Notes: generated by a model not told the origin, from the sequence alone. 64,000 nt of DNA from Octopus vulgaris (GCA_951406725.2 OX597820.1:33294001-33358000); one strand, 5' to 3'; numbered from the stretch's first letter, positions 1-14,451 are shown. Numbers and translations: made by a program.

Positions 1-267
1 AAATAACATTAATAACGTTTAATAAATGTTGCTTACTGCAAGTTATGGATGATTCTTTTATGACTTCATTGCTTTCAGGCTTAGCTCAAGGTATTTTCGC
101 GCCCGACATCACAAAATGCGTCTGAATAGACATTGCTGGACAGCAAATAGAGACTCGGACATTGCTTGGAAAATAGTTTTCATTTTTAACCTTGTATATA
201 GTACGCACTAGGGATTTTGACCTTTTAGTTTGAGGGGAAAATGCGGATTATACACGGGGATTTACGG
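1..267. mobile_element. Right end of a pogo/Tc2-like DNA transposon remnant
   Basis: Ends in GCGGATTATACACGGGGATTTACGG|TA, i.e. a CCGTAAATC..GTATAATCCGC-type TIR followed by TA. The other end is not in the window. Confidence 0.45.
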
Positions 268-480
268 TAATTGATTCCTGACAGTGGACTAACAAAGGCT
301 AAATCAAATGGAGTTCTAGATACATATGTGTGCGCGTGTATGCATGTATGTATATACATAAACTTACATATGCATTTAAAATTAGTTTCATTTTTGCTAT
401 ATACATATGTACATACATATATACTTATATATTTACGTACATAGATAAGTAGACAGGTAAATCGATATATATATGTATGT

Positions 481-707
481 GCGAGCTGGCAGAAACGTTA
501 GCACGCCGGGCGAAATGCGTAGCCGTATTTCGTCTGCCGTTACGTTCTGGGTTCAAATTCCGCCGAGGTCGACTTTGCCTTTCATCCTTTCGGGGTCGAT
601 AAATTAAGTACCAGTTACGCACTGGGGTTGATGTAATCGACTTAATCCGTTTGTCTGTCCTTGTTTGTCCCCTCTGTGTTTAGCCCCTTGTGGGTAGTAA
701 AGAAATA
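481..707 (+). mobile_element. tRNA-derived SINE, family A (Nin/Deu-like core)
   Basis: A-box-like GAGCTGGCAGAAACGTTAG, B-box-like GTTCAAATTCC and core GCCTTTCATCCTTTCGGGGTCGATAAA. Near-identical copies at 4180, 14483 and 63873. Confidence 0.85.
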
Positions 708-999
708 TATATATGTATGTGCGTGTGTGTGAGAGAGAGAGAGGGGGGGAGAAACATATATAGGTTTGTGAGCACGTGTGAGAGAAAGAGAGAGCCCATT
801 TACCACAATACAATCGGTTAGTACTCATAAGAGTGCCATGTCTATTGTAGTTTATCTGTTACATTCGTCTAAGACTATTCTAACTAGCGTCTGTCAGTCT
901 GCAGTGTCACAATTCCGTAGCGCCAACTGGTCAATTGGCAAACAATAGAGTTGAGAATGAGGTCAACGGTCTTTTATAATCTGATTGATTTTGCTGATT

Positions 1000-1521
1000 G
1001 TAGCGGTGGTAGTGTTAGTGGTGATGGTGGTGTTAGTGGCGGGGGGGGGGGGCGAGGGTGAATTTGGTGTTAGTGCAAATAGTATTAATCCCCGTTGTTG
1101 CTTAGTTGCAGGTCATCTCTGATCGAACAGATTAACAATCAAACACATGTACCCGTGATCCCACCGCTTTTTCTTTCCCTGCTTCTTATTCTTCAGGCAT
1201 TTAGTATCAATTTTGTCTCAAAGATTAGTTTGTATCGAACTTGAGATGGTATAAAGCACGAAAAGATTTGGTTCTATCGATTGTTTATTGATTGATTTAC
1301 GCTGGATCACACACTTTTAACAGGTAAAAACGTGTTGTTGATGAGGACGATGATGATGATGCTGATGATGATGATGATGATGATGGGGTGGTGTGGTAGA
1401 AGCTATTGGCGATAGTGGATAATAAAATGGGTGTAGTGGTCTTGGTGGCTGTTGTTATTGGTGGTGGAGGTGGTGGCGGCGGCGGTGGTGGTGGCGGCGG
1501 CTGCGGCGATAGCGGTGGTGG

Positions 1522-1552
<31 letters not shown>

Positions 1553-1760
1553 GGTGGTGGTGGTGGTGGTGGTGGTGGCAACAGTGGTGGATAAAAGTAG
1601 TGATGGATGGGGTAAAGATGATAGTGGTGGCGGTGGTGGTATTTGTCATAATAGCGGTGGTTTGTAGAGGTGGAATTCGTGGTGGTAGAAGCGGTAGTCA
1701 TGGTAGGGATGACAGTTTTCATAATGGCAGTGGTTCTTAGGGTGGTGCAGTTTGGTATTG
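1000..1760. repeat. Degenerate (GGT/GGC/GAT)n trinucleotide low-complexity tract
   Basis: Visible (GGT)n and (GAT)n runs, which produce the poly-G/P/H/V ORFs. Confidence 0.85.
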
Positions 1761-2057
1761 TAGTTCGTATTGTTGTTATTACGATTGATATTGCTAGTAT
1801 TGTGGTATTGTTGGTATTATCATTGTTTTGATGCTGTTATTGTTATTGACAATGTCCTTATTGTTATTGTTATTATTCCTGTTGTTGTTGCCGTCAAAAT
1901 GTCGTCAAAGACTTTCGTTACTTTAACAATTTATTTTCTCACAACTTTCGTAATTTATTGTAGTTTCAGAAACAACGCCCTCGGAAGTATTTCCTGCATG
2001 CATACATACATACATACATACATACATACATACATACATACATACATACATACAGCA

Positions 2058-2181
2058 CACATTCATGGAAAAAGTACCCTGTTAATGCAGTTGAAATTCC
2101 AGTGAAGGAGCCTTGGATCTAGGCTAGAAACCAGCTCTTTTTCTTTTCCCAAGAAGTTTTGAAATAAAACTGTATAGTGAC
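2058..2181 (+). mobile_element. 3' terminus only of the (CATA)n-associated R4-like retrotransposon
   Basis: GTTGAAATTCCAGTGAAGGAGCCTTGGATCTAGG...TTGAAATAAAACTG..TGACAT matches the reverse complement of 4908-5005. Preceded by (CATA)n and followed by CATA-like sequence. Confidence 0.75.
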
Positions 2182-2222
2182 ATATATACATGCATACTTA
2201 CACACATACACACATACATTTG

Positions 2223-2253
<31 letters not shown>

Positions 2254-2304
2254 TTATCTAACTATCTCTATCTATCTATCAGGTAGATAGACAGATAGAC
2301 ATAC

Positions 2305-2428
<124 letters not shown>

Positions 2429-3189
2429 GTGTAATTAAAACGAAACAAGAAAAGTGAGTTAATGAAGAGTAAGTAGGAAAACTAGATGACAAAACCTGAA
2501 CATTGTATATTTACACAACAGGGTTACCTGCAAATGATGTTAATGCGACTTGAATCGGCAAGGTGAGAGAAGAGGTAAGTAGGTATCACATGACACTCTT
2601 GTATCTGTTTGATGTCTAACTACCCGCCCGCCACTCGTTCTGATCATATGTTGGACACACAGCTGTCCATCTACGTTCATATATATACATATATGCATAT
2701 ATATGTGTGTGTGTGTTTATGTATATATGAACTGTGTGTGTGTGAGTATGTATATGTATGTATACATACACACACGCATACATACATACGTACATGTATA
2801 CATATACACGCGTGCGTACGCACGCACACGCACGCACACGTGCACACACATACATTTTATTTTTTACTTGCTTCAGTCATTAGACTGCGGCTATGCTGGG
2901 GCACCTCCATATATATCACTTCCTATCCAGGTGTCTGTCATATATTTTTATTAGAGCCTTAATGTTCTTGAATCGCAAATCTGAGTTTTTGGTTCACAAT
3001 TGATTCAGCGACCAAAGTTAAGAAATAAGCGCGACAATATATAAATCAAAAATATTTGTAAACATATCGAAATGTAAATGATTATCAGTAGATCGAGATT
3101 ATTTATGTTGCCGAAACGGCTGTTAGAATACGAGGAACATGGCCAGAGATTTAAGACCATGTTCTAAAACATGTTTTCATGGCTTCAGA

Positions 3190-3400
3190 ATTTTTTTTTA
3201 CTGTGCTGATAATTATTATAATCATGCGTTAAAAGACAGTAGCTCCTACGATGTAATACATGGAAAGAGAACCACACCCGTATTCATAAAACGCAAAAAC
3301 AGAAATGCTTATATGGTACAGTTCACTCTATAATTTAGTGTTCGTTGTAATATTGCCAGGACTCTCCTGAAGCTTATAAAGAAGCATTTTCTATAGATAA
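3190..3400 (+). pseudogene. Degenerate Penelope-like element ORF fragment (RT-to-GIY-YIG linker)
   Basis: Translates across frameshifts as ADNYYNHALKDSS...RKNRN..IWYSSLYN...NIARTLLKLIKKHF, resembling the PLE linker YxxALKxSGY / RxIIWFNPPY / NIGxxFLxLIxKHFP. Confidence 0.55.
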
Positions 3401-3765
3401 CATAGGGACTTATAATGAAAAAGAGATTGGTGCAGCGCATTGTTGTATCATAAACTATCATTGTTCTATAACCTGATTAAACAGTCACAGGGCGAACAAC
3501 CGAAATTCTTCTCTATGCAATTAAAATAACCCGATTGCTTAACTTCTCAACGATTTATATCTTTCTAAAGCATTTATTTACTGAGCTACGCTTCCCTTTG
3601 CAGATGATGCTAAGACAAAAAGCAATAAATGGCTTACTGAAAATCCTCTTAATGATACATTCTCGGAATATATGTACGCATTCAGAATTCAAAATGACGC
3701 CGTACACTTTCACTATCCAAATATATTTAGATCTTAAGGTAAAATAACAAGTTCAACTGATACAC

Positions 3766-4060
3766 TAATTCTTTGTAAGCCCAGTACTTATTCTATCGGT
3801 CTCTTTTGCCGAACTGCTAAGTGACGGGGACGTAAACACACTAGCAATTCTAGGGAGACAAACACAAACACACAAACACACACATATATATATATACATA
3901 TATACGACAGGCTTCTTTCAGTTTCCGTCTACCAAATCCACTCACAAGGCATTGGTCGGTCCGGGGCTATAGAAGAAGACACTTGCCCAAGATGCCACGC
4001 AGTGGACTGAACCCGGAACCATGTGGTTGGTTAGCAAGCTCCTTACCACACAGCCACTCC

Positions 4061-4063
<3 letters not shown>
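3766..4063 (-). mobile_element. tRNA-derived SINE, family C (internal microsatellite)
   Basis: Minus strand reads GCAGGAGTGGCTGTGTGGTAAG...GGTTCCGGGTTCAGT...GTGGATTTGGTAGACGGAAACTGAAAGAAGCC. Related copies at 13325, 52865 and 62778. Confidence 0.8.
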
Positions 4064-4148
<85 letters not shown>

Positions 4149-4179
4149 TGTATGTATGTATGACGGGCTTCTTTCAGTT

Positions 4180-4415
4180 ACTTATTTCTTTACTGCCCAC
4201 AAGGGGCTAAACACAGAGAGGACAAACAAAGACAGACAAACAGTTTAAGTCGATTATATCGACCCCAGTGCGTAACTGGTACTTATTTAATCGACCCCGA
4301 AAGGATGAAAGGCAAAGTCGACCTCGGTGGAATTTGAACTCAGAACGTAACGGCAGGCGAAATACCGCTAAGCATTTCGCCCGGCATGCTAACGTCTCTG
4401 CCAGCTTGCCGCCTT
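4180..4415 (-). mobile_element. SINE family A
   Basis: Reverse complement of 481-707. Confidence 0.85.
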
Positions 4416-4907
4416 GTTTCAGATACCGTCTAGTCTACCAAATCCACTCACAAGGCCTCGGTCGGCCCGCAGTGGGACTGAACCCAGAACTATCTGGTTG
4501 GGAAACAAGCTTCTTACCACACGCCCACGCCCAAAAATGTGTAAGCCTTTTCTATAACTTTCTATGTTTGCCAAAACTTTGAGATGTTGTGCATAAATTT
4601 CTATATCTTAAATATATGTATGTGTGTCTGTGTGTGTGTGTGTGTTTATTTTTATGCACACATGATAAAAACAATTTTACATTAATCTGATGGGTTACTC
4701 TACACATTTGTAGAGTATATATTTATTATTTTTAAGCAAGAAAAGCTTATTAGTATTTGAAGTAGTGACTTTAAAATTTCCAGCAGATAAGCAATCGTTG
4801 CAAGATGGGTTGACTGACCGTAACTTCGAAGTCACTATCAATAATATTATTGTTCAAGAATAATAATATATGCACGACTGTATATATGTATGTATGCATT
4901 ATGTATG

Positions 4908-5027
4908 AATGTCATTGATCAGCTTTATTTCAAGATTTCTTGCCAATAAAGTAAGAGCCTGTTTTTAACCTATATCCAAGTCTCCTTCATTGGAATTTCA
5001 ACATCACCAGCAGGACATTTTTGTATG

Positions 5028-5061
<34 letters not shown>

Positions 5062-6078
5062 TGTATGTATGTATGTATTTATGTATATATGTATGTACGT
5101 ATGTATGATTGTGTGTATGTATACGAGTAAGTTTTGTTTTACGCATATATTCTCATGAATATAGACATGCTCATATATATGTAAATGATAAACTTCTGTG
5201 AAGTTTTACAGGTTTTTACAGTTCCACTAATGGATTGGATCTGTAGTCTTCTAATTAGCTTTCACCTTCATGATTTTGAGACGCCTAATTTCTCAAGATT
5301 GGTATTTAGGTAGTATGTTACATATCCCAGGACCCCAAAAATTACAGGTATTAACCTGAAATTGTAATCTGGATAGAGTAATTACAAATTTCTCAATAGT
5401 TCAGCGTAGATATTCTCTTTTTCACTGCAGTTAATTCCCACAACTTTTCACAGTTTCTCCTCTCTATCCCAAATCATAACAGGTCTATTGCCCTTACATT
5501 TTATTGAGGTCTTCACCTGGAAATTCCACCAGTACTCCCTTTTTATTGTGAGTGGTTATGGCTTCTGCCATACTGTGGGTTCTTATTTCTTTCTCCTCGA
5601 GGTTATCCTTCCGACGGATTTTATTATAGAGTGTCCTAGCTACAACATCATATCACATCGGTAGATTATACCGTGATGACATCTTCGGTGTTAACTCCAC
5701 AACGTCTGCATCGGTTGTCACATTTTACTGCATTTCCTGCATCACTATCCCTTTTGTGCATTAGGTACTAGGTCGATATTTCTTGTTCCTGGATTGCAAA
5801 CGCATACCTTTCAAAGTGGGAGGTAGTTAGTACCCCGGCTATTGGTCCATGATGAACTGCTTTGATGCTCAATGTTACTATCGTCATCTGGGAGCTTTCT
5901 ACTAGCATGTCCATGTATAGTCTCATATAGACTTATCCTTTCATCTGATGACGCGTTTCGGTAGTCCTACGACTTCTTTGGGAATGTATTCTAGGTTATC
6001 AGACAAAAATTTGCTCAAAGAGCTGCCTTTCAAGTCTCATGATGTTATCAGCCTCATGTGTGCAAACTTGGTCAATGG
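4908..6078 (-). mobile_element. 5'-truncated, decayed R4-like RLE non-LTR retrotransposon embedded in (CATA)n
   Basis: Minus-strand translation fragments: IHGH, FAIQEQEIST, CDNRCRRCG (Zn knuckle start), YDVVARTLY (RHD region), WWNFQVKT..KGNRP (PD region), EKENIYAELLRNL, IPVIFGVLG. A 3'UTR follows. (TATG)n lies at the 5' junction and in the UTR; a short TATG-rich stretch lies at the 3' end. Confidence 0.8.
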
Positions 6079-6109
<31 letters not shown>

Positions 6110-6143
6110 TGTATGTATGTATGTATGTATGTATGTATGTATG

Positions 6144-6209
<66 letters not shown>

Positions 6210-6599
6210 TGGTTAACCTTTTTTCTCTTCTCAATTCTGTCCTTATATCCATTTGAAGATTTCTCCCAGGCATCAATCCATCATTCTCATGTTTGACCCC
6301 AAGGCTATATTTATTTATTGTCATCGTTTCAAATTTCTGTTGTTTACTTTCGTACGTCCACCCTGTATATTTTCCTTTGCACGAGCCCTAATTCTCCGCA
6401 GTTCTTGCGGTTGCCGCCGAGATACGAGGTTCCTAGTCTTGTCGTTAAAGGCATGAAACTAGGTATTAGTTTTTTTCAGTCGATAACGGATGAATTATTA
6501 GGGTTCTGGTGTCTATCCTACGTGTACGTTTTATACCATCTAAAGCGCTTTTCATTTACGGAAACCGAACGCCACGCATCTTGACTTTTGTTAACAGTA

Positions 6600-6656
<57 letters not shown>

Positions 6657-7034
6657 GTATGTATATATGTATGTATGTATGAATATTATTTATTTATCTA
6701 TTTCTCTATTTTTCTATTTATATACTGCTGAAAGTAAACATTTGAACAATTTTTTCGAGCTGTAGTCTTTCTTACGGGATACTATTTATATAGATATATA
6801 AATTTAGTCATAAATTTGACAATACCATTAACAGACTTCAGTGTCGATCAATGCTTCAAAAATGCTAACGCTGCCTAGTCCATGAGGTGTTTGTAAACAA
6901 CACAGGAAATAGTAGAGATGTGATGTAATTTATGAAAACTTTGTTAAAAACATTCTGGTATCCATCAGTTATAATTTTATAAATATACTTGTTAGATTTA
7001 TGTCTATAAATAATTCGTTCTACTGAAATTTGTG

Positions 7035-7210
7035 GGCTGGGGCCGAGTCAATTACATTGATCCCAGTATATGATTGGTGCTTATTTTATCAACCCCGAAA
7101 GGATGAAAGACAAAGTTGATCTTGGCAGGATCTGAACTCAGAACATAAAGATGACAATGCTGCTAAGCATTCTGCCCAGCGTTCTAACGATTATGCCAGC
7201 TTAACGCCTT
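7035..7210 (-). mobile_element. SINE family A, diverged
   Basis: CCCCGAAAGGATGAAAGACAAAG core in reverse orientation. Confidence 0.7.
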
Positions 7211-8443
7211 ATTTATATCTATAAATAATGATTTATATATGTCGTGTATGCCACAAATCTACCATAATGCAATTACTAACATCTAACACCATTAAATTCT
7301 TTGATTACTAAATTCCTGATGAACTCACACTGATAACAACCTAAAACTATCTAGATCCAATTAGATATATGGACCCTATAATTTCTTAAACGTAAAATGA
7401 AATAAATTACAATAGAAACAATTAAAACTAGACACTGACATATTCCAGGCTAAGGATAGAACCCCACAAAAACAACGAATTCACTCGGGGTTAACATGGA
7501 AACGCTGAAGAAGATTAAACCACACAAAAGAACTAATCAAAAACTACAACGTACAAATATGAGGACGAACACGCAACCACGTAATCATCACAATAGTAAC
7601 AACAACAGAAAAAGTATGTGAATAAACACAGTGATACCATCATCAGCTACACCACTGGAAATCATTGTGGTCTCGACACTAAGCTGTAACATTCAGTCCA
7701 AGGTTCTCAACAGTATAAAAGGAAAAGTATTTATATTGACTTTATGATAAATATATTACGGTTACTCATAAATGTCATACACCAGTTATTGGCTTGTACT
7801 ATTTTATCAAACTCTTGAAAATGGAAGACAAGGTGGGCCTTGGAAAGTTTTGAACTCAGTGGTTTAAAAGTCGATAAAAGTACTAGAAGACATTTTGTCC
7901 GACACTCTACAGAATCCGGTGGTCTCCACGATCCTTCTGTTTCTTATCCTTGTTACCATCATCGTCTTCGTCGTCATCATCATCAACAACAACAACATTA
8001 TCATCGGAGTCGTCTTCATAATCAAGAGCATGAAAATAATAGTAACAACGACAAAAATAATCCTTTCCGGTTTAGGTACAGGGCCTGAAGTGGACGAGGA
8101 GGAGGAGGGGAGGGGTAATGAGGAGGGGGGATGCGGAGGGGAGGAGGAGGGGAAGGAGGAGGAGTATAGTTGATTGCGTCGAACTCAGTGCTCAATTCCT
8201 ACTTATTTTATCGATGTCGAACCGATGAAACGCCACTTCCAGTTCGGCGGGATTCTGAACACATCATAAATAAACGATCAAGAATACCTGGCGAAGTTGA
8301 ACAGACATTTTGCTCTCTCCGGACTACATGGACTGTTTATAACGGATCATATATTCGGTAAATTATTTTCGAATTTTTTTCTCTTATGAGGCAGCAACAC
8401 TGGCAACGGAAAAAGCGATAATAATAATAATAATAATAATTAA

Positions 8444-8521
<78 letters not shown>

Positions 8522-8740
8522 CATCATCATCATTATTATAGCGATAAGCATTTTGTGCTATGCTTTCACGGCTCTGCCAGGATACATCCGCTAATGTAGA
8601 CCTAAATCACTTCTAAAAAGATGGGCTGCGCATGACTGGAAGGGTACATATCATAGATCTACTTGATTGTATTTGACGCGGCACGAAACAAGTCGGATGA
8701 ACAATTATAATAAATAATAATAATGATAATAATAATGATG

Positions 8741-8819
<79 letters not shown>

Positions 8820-8928
8820 TGATGATGATGATGATGATATATATATGCACAGACACATATATATAACAGTATATATATATATATACATATATATGTATAT
8901 ATATATATATAATATATATATAACATAT

Positions 8929-9021
<93 letters not shown>

Positions 9022-9126
9022 TATACTTATATATAAATATATATAGACAGATAGATAGACAGACAGACAGACAGAAGACCCAATATATACAGAGTGTGTG
9101 TGTTCGTGCCTGTATGCGTGTGTGCG

Positions 9127-9177
<51 letters not shown>

Positions 9178-9430
9178 TAGATAGTTAGATAGATAGAGAG
9201 ACGAGAAGTTAAAAATAATCTTCAGATCACGTCAGTTCACGTGTCATAAGAATTTCCATGGAAGTTCTAAAAACATTGAGTCACAAATGCGGTTGGTATG
9301 GACATTGTCTTACTAGAAAACACGGTTTACTATTCCTACAAGTAAAGCTAAATTATCTACGTTGTGAAGACAGGAAGCTAATGTATACATACAAATATGC
9401 ATATGTATACATGGAATTATATATATATAT

Positions 9431-9531
<101 letters not shown>

Positions 9532-10448
9532 ATAGATACATACATACATACATATACACATACATATCTATATATACTTGTGTATATAAATATATATATA
9601 TATTTACACATATATATACATACAAATATACATAAATACATGCATATGTATGTGTGTGTGTGTGTGTGTTTGTGTGTGTGTATTTATATACATACATACA
9701 GACATATATATGAACATATACATACAGTATCTATCTATCTATCATAAATATTTCGCTCATATCTTTGAAAATGTTAATTGTTTTGTGTTCCAAATTTGTA
9801 TAATGTTTGCATGTATAATACATTTTAGTCTTAATCAATTTCGTTTGATTTCTTTCAATCTTATCAGAGTAATGACGATTTTACTGAAATTTATTTGGGG
9901 GATACAAATTTAACAGGCACAAGGAGGAATAGAATTCTAAACCAAAGTGTCCGACGAACGGGAACGTGAAATTCTCTGAGTAACAGTTTTTGTGATATTT
10001 TTGCTGCTTTTTAATAAAGTATATATATATATATCCTGGTACTGCCATGTCGATTATTATGCACTCTTGTTTTATCCCGCCTAAAGATTACTATATTCGG
10101 CCTTCTTTTTTCCTTACTGATATGAACTATGATTTATATGGCAAATAACAAGCATAAAGATTATATATGATATGATATATATAGATTGTTGTGTCTTACC
10201 ACAGGTTAAGCTTTAGCTTGCATATATATAATTATCTTTGTCATACATATCAGACAATATCAGACAATATGATGGTATCCTTGCGATACACGTACAAGTA
10301 GTTTGCTCCAACAAGGCGACTAGGTTACCTTGCAACACCATGCACTTTAATGCGAGAGCGATACTGGAACAGCTCCGTGGATACACCCTTCGGCATAGAT
10401 TGGGCTTAGTGGATAGAAGACGATGATAGAAGTCTGATGTTCCTTCTC

Positions 10449-10524
<76 letters not shown>

Positions 10525-10750
10525 GATAGATAGAGAGATAGATAGATTTATTAGATAGATAGATACACAGCAGAGCTAAATTTATTGGCTTGCATTAAAG
10601 GCAAGGGACAAAATACAAAGTAGAGCTTTTCTTTTCGGGGAAGAAGAGAAGGAGGGAAAGGGTTGGGGGCGAATTCCGATTAAAAGGATCGGGGAAAAAT
10701 GTGGGGCCGATCAATAGGAAATAGGTAGATAGATACAAGTAGGTAGGTAG

Positions 10751-10900
10751 TCCAGCAGCTTACAGCGATATCCAAATATGGATCTGCTAATCGTGTCAGG
10801 TTTTCAAAAATCCCATTAGTTTTTCTGTGTCAATATTTAGGTTGTTCAATAATTGTTCAAGTGACTGGAGAGAGGATAGTTACTTCACTTAGCACTCTGA
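10751..10900 (-). mobile_element. Short repeat, probable LINE 3' end (I/Nimb-like), copy 1
   Basis: Clearly homologous to 12781-12931. Minus strand encodes LEQLLNNLNIDTEKLMGFLK; adjoins GATA/GGTA-type repeats. Confidence 0.5.
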
Positions 10901-10972
10901 ATCTGTGTGTGTGTGTGTGTATGTGTATGTGTGTGTGTGTGTGTCTGTGTGTCTGTGTGTCTGTGTGTCTGT

Positions 10973-11005
<33 letters not shown>

Positions 11006-11047
11006 AGTGTGTGTGAGTGTGTGTGAGTGTGTGTGAGTGTGTGTGTG

Positions 11048-11081
<34 letters not shown>

Positions 11082-11096
11082 TTATATATAAAAAAA

Positions 11097-11399
11097 ACGT
11101 CGCCCTTCTCAAGCCTAGCCAGTCTCATGGGCCCGGTTTCCCGGTTTCTGTAACGTATGTGTTTCTCCCAGCTGGACGGGATGCCAATCCATCGCAGCGT
11201 TACTCAAGAAACAGACAGGAGAGAGTGAAAGAAAGTTGTAGCGAAAGGGTACAACAGGGGTCGTCACCACCCCTGCCGGAGCCTCGTGGAACTTTTAGGT
11301 GTTTTCGGTCAATAAATACATACAACGCCCGGTCTGGGAATCGAAACCGCGTTCCTCCGACCGCGAGTTCGCTCCCCAAACCACTAAGCCACGCGCCTC
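11097..11399 (-). mobile_element. tRNA-derived SINE, family B
   Basis: Minus strand GAGGCGCGTGGCTTAGTGG...GGTTTCGATTCCC head and GCGATGGATTGGCATCCCGTCCAG core. Related to 27737 and 52003. Confidence 0.8.
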
Positions 11400-11427
11400 C
11401 ACATGCCTATATATATACATACATATA

Positions 11428-11572
<145 letters not shown>

Positions 11573-12445
11573 TTATATATATGAGAGGGAGAGGGAGAGG
11601 GAGAGAAACAGTGATTAGGAAAAATGTTTAGAGACGAAAGGAATGCCTAAACGTTACGCATTCTAAGAATAATAAATTTCATAATTTCGCTCTCAGTGGC
11701 ATCGATAACTCAGTATTCCTCAAAACAAGAAGACATATACATATGCCGGTGGAGGAGGAAGAAGACAGACAGAAGACACAAGACACACACACACACATTT
11801 CCGTATGCATATATATATACAGGTTTGTATGTATGTATATATATATATATGTGAATGTATGTAAGCGTGTAGTAAAATCAACAAAACGAAGGCAGTGAAC
11901 TTGCCATGGGGGAGCAGAAAATGCAACGTTTCGGAGAGAATACTTCTTCCAGTTGATATTTAAAACTGAAATTAATTTTTGAAGTCGGCCAATTTTCTAT
12001 TCCGCACATTTTCCCTTCAAAAGTACTATGTCAGAAACGTTGGATTTTTCTATTCTTCAGGACAGATTGACTGTACATTTTATGTCGATTTTACTAAATA
12101 AAACAAAGTTAGCCGATGGCGTGCAACTTTACCAATTTATATAGGTTTAGTTGTACAAACGCAACAAATAGAACAAAAATATTGAGTGTGTGTGTTTGTG
12201 TGTGTGTGTGTGTGAGTGTGTGTACGTGTGTGTGCGTATGCATGCGTGCGTTTGTGTGCGTGGGCGTATGTTTGTGTGTGTGTGTGTGTGTTTGTGTGTG
12301 CGTGTGTGTGTGTGCGTGCGTGTGAAATCTTGTATCCCTAAATAAATTTCAGTGTATGTATATTTGTTTATTTAATCGCCAGACGTTACAATGTGACCCA
12401 AGAGCCGAGAGTTTCTGCTATACCCGAGCCTGCCGTATATGTGTG

Positions 12446-12492
<47 letters not shown>

Positions 12493-12700
12493 TTTATATA
12501 TATGTGTGTGTGTGTTTGTGTGTGTGTGTATATGTATATGTGTGTGTGATCTTTTTATCTGTCGGTCTAGTTTATATCCACATGTATATATATAAATATA
12601 TATAAATATATATATATATGTATATATATGTATATATGTGTGTGTATATATATATACATATACATGTGGATATAGTGGACATAACTATACCCACAGATAT

Positions 12701-12776
<76 letters not shown>

Positions 12777-12780
12777 GCAG

Positions 12781-12931
12781 GACAGCAGCTTCCAGAGATA
12801 TCCAAATATGGATCTGTTAATGTATGTGTCGTGTTTCAAAAATCCTATTAGTCTTTCTGTGTCAGTATGTAGGTTGTTCAATAATTGTTCAATTGCCTGG
12901 AGAGAGGAAGTTACTTCACTTAGCACTCTGA
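12781..12931 (-). mobile_element. Short repeat, probable LINE 3' end with (TATC)n tail, copy 2
   Basis: Encodes VLSEVTSSLQAIEQLLNNLHTDTERLIGFLKHDTYINRSIFG and runs into (TATC)n on the minus strand. Confidence 0.5.
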
Positions 12932-13013
12932 TTCATTCCGCTATCAAGAAAGACAAAACACAATACTTCTTTGGCTTTGCGTGTTTATAGACATATTAAT
13001 AATGTCATACTCT

Positions 13014-13228
13014 AAGGCAGTGAGTTGACAGAATCGTTAGCTCGCTCCAGAGAAATGCTCAACGCAGCATTTTGTCCGTCTTTACGTTCTGAGTTCAAAT
13101 TCCACCGAGATCGACTTTGCCTTTCATCTTTTCGGAGTTGATAAAATAAGTACCGGTCGAGTACTGAGATCAATATAATCGACTTAGTCCGCCCGCCCCA
13201 CGAATGAATTTGTAAATTTTGGAGATTA
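13014..13228 (+). mobile_element. SINE family A, diverged
   Basis: GAGTTCAAATTCC B box and GCCTTTCATC core. Confidence 0.75.
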
Positions 13229-13231
13229 AAT

Positions 13232-13314
<83 letters not shown>

Positions 13315-14451
13315 ATCGTAGTAAAATGTCTTCTACTATAGCCTCTGGCTGACCAAAGCATTGTGAATGGATTTTGTAGACGGTAACTGAAAGAAGCCCT
13401 TCGTGTGTGTGTGTGTGTGTGTGTGTCACATAGCGGCTCGGCAAAAGATACCGATAGAATAAGGCTTACAATGAATAAGTCCTGGGTCGATTTGTTCGAC
13501 TAAAACCCTTTAAGGCGGTGCTCCAGCATGGTCGCAGTTAAATGACAGAAAGAAGTAAAAGAGTAAAAGAGATATATATATATACTCTGACAAGTATCTA
13601 CACTAATTGACACTTCTCTCTGTACCATGTGTCATTCTGCCATTTCCTTTGAACTAAACAAGATTTCCGAATTGAATTCCATCAATATAGTAGCTATTGT
13701 CAATGGAAATATGTCAGTTAATGCTCTGCTTTTCTTTTTCTGAATCTATTTTCGTCCTGTCTGTCTGTCTATCTTTCATTCCAGCCTATGCGATGTTTCT
13801 AACTGTTGATGTTGTTGTTATTGTGTTTGCTTTAGATTAGTGATCAAGGCCTTCCAGCCGTGACCATCACAGAGCGCCCAAGACTACATTGTCAAGTGAC
13901 TGCCTCATATTTTAATGCGACTGAGTGGAGTGTTATTCGAGGGAGGCTTCGGTCCACTAAAGGGGCCACGATATAGAGACCATCTCGTTGCAGACGCAGA
14001 TCTTCACTAATTTCCCAGCTTCGACTGTTATTCTTAGCTACTTTCTCTGTCTCACTATGTATGTGTTTGTGTGTGTGTGTATATATACATGTATGTGTGT
14101 GTGTATGTATGTCTTTGCGGCTATGTTGCCCCACCATCACCGATTGACAACCGGTGTTGGTGTGTTACATCCCCGTAACTTAGCTTAACTTTGGCCTGGC
14201 CAAAGAAATCGATAGAATATGTACCGTTGGTGACATTTTAGAGAAGTCTTTCATGCACGCGGCACAGTCTTGATTCAACACACAAAACGCCCTTTTCAAT
14301 GCGGTGCCCCAATGAATGGCCATTTCTAATGACCTGAAAAGTGAAACATACCAAGACTTGATATACATATAATTTATACACATGGTGGTTGTCTATATAT
14401 AAATATATATATATATGTGTATGTATGTATGTATGTATGTATGTATGTATG

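Noticed and set aside
425-622. Repeated '[17 protein letters not shown]' ORF (also 4268 and 14374)
   Set aside because: Antisense translation of SINE family A, not a gene family.
1297-1722. Pro/His/Gly/Val-rich ORFs here and at 56744-57569 and 61304-61516
   Set aside because: Translations of (GGT)n tracts open in several frames on both strands; no domain or splice evidence.
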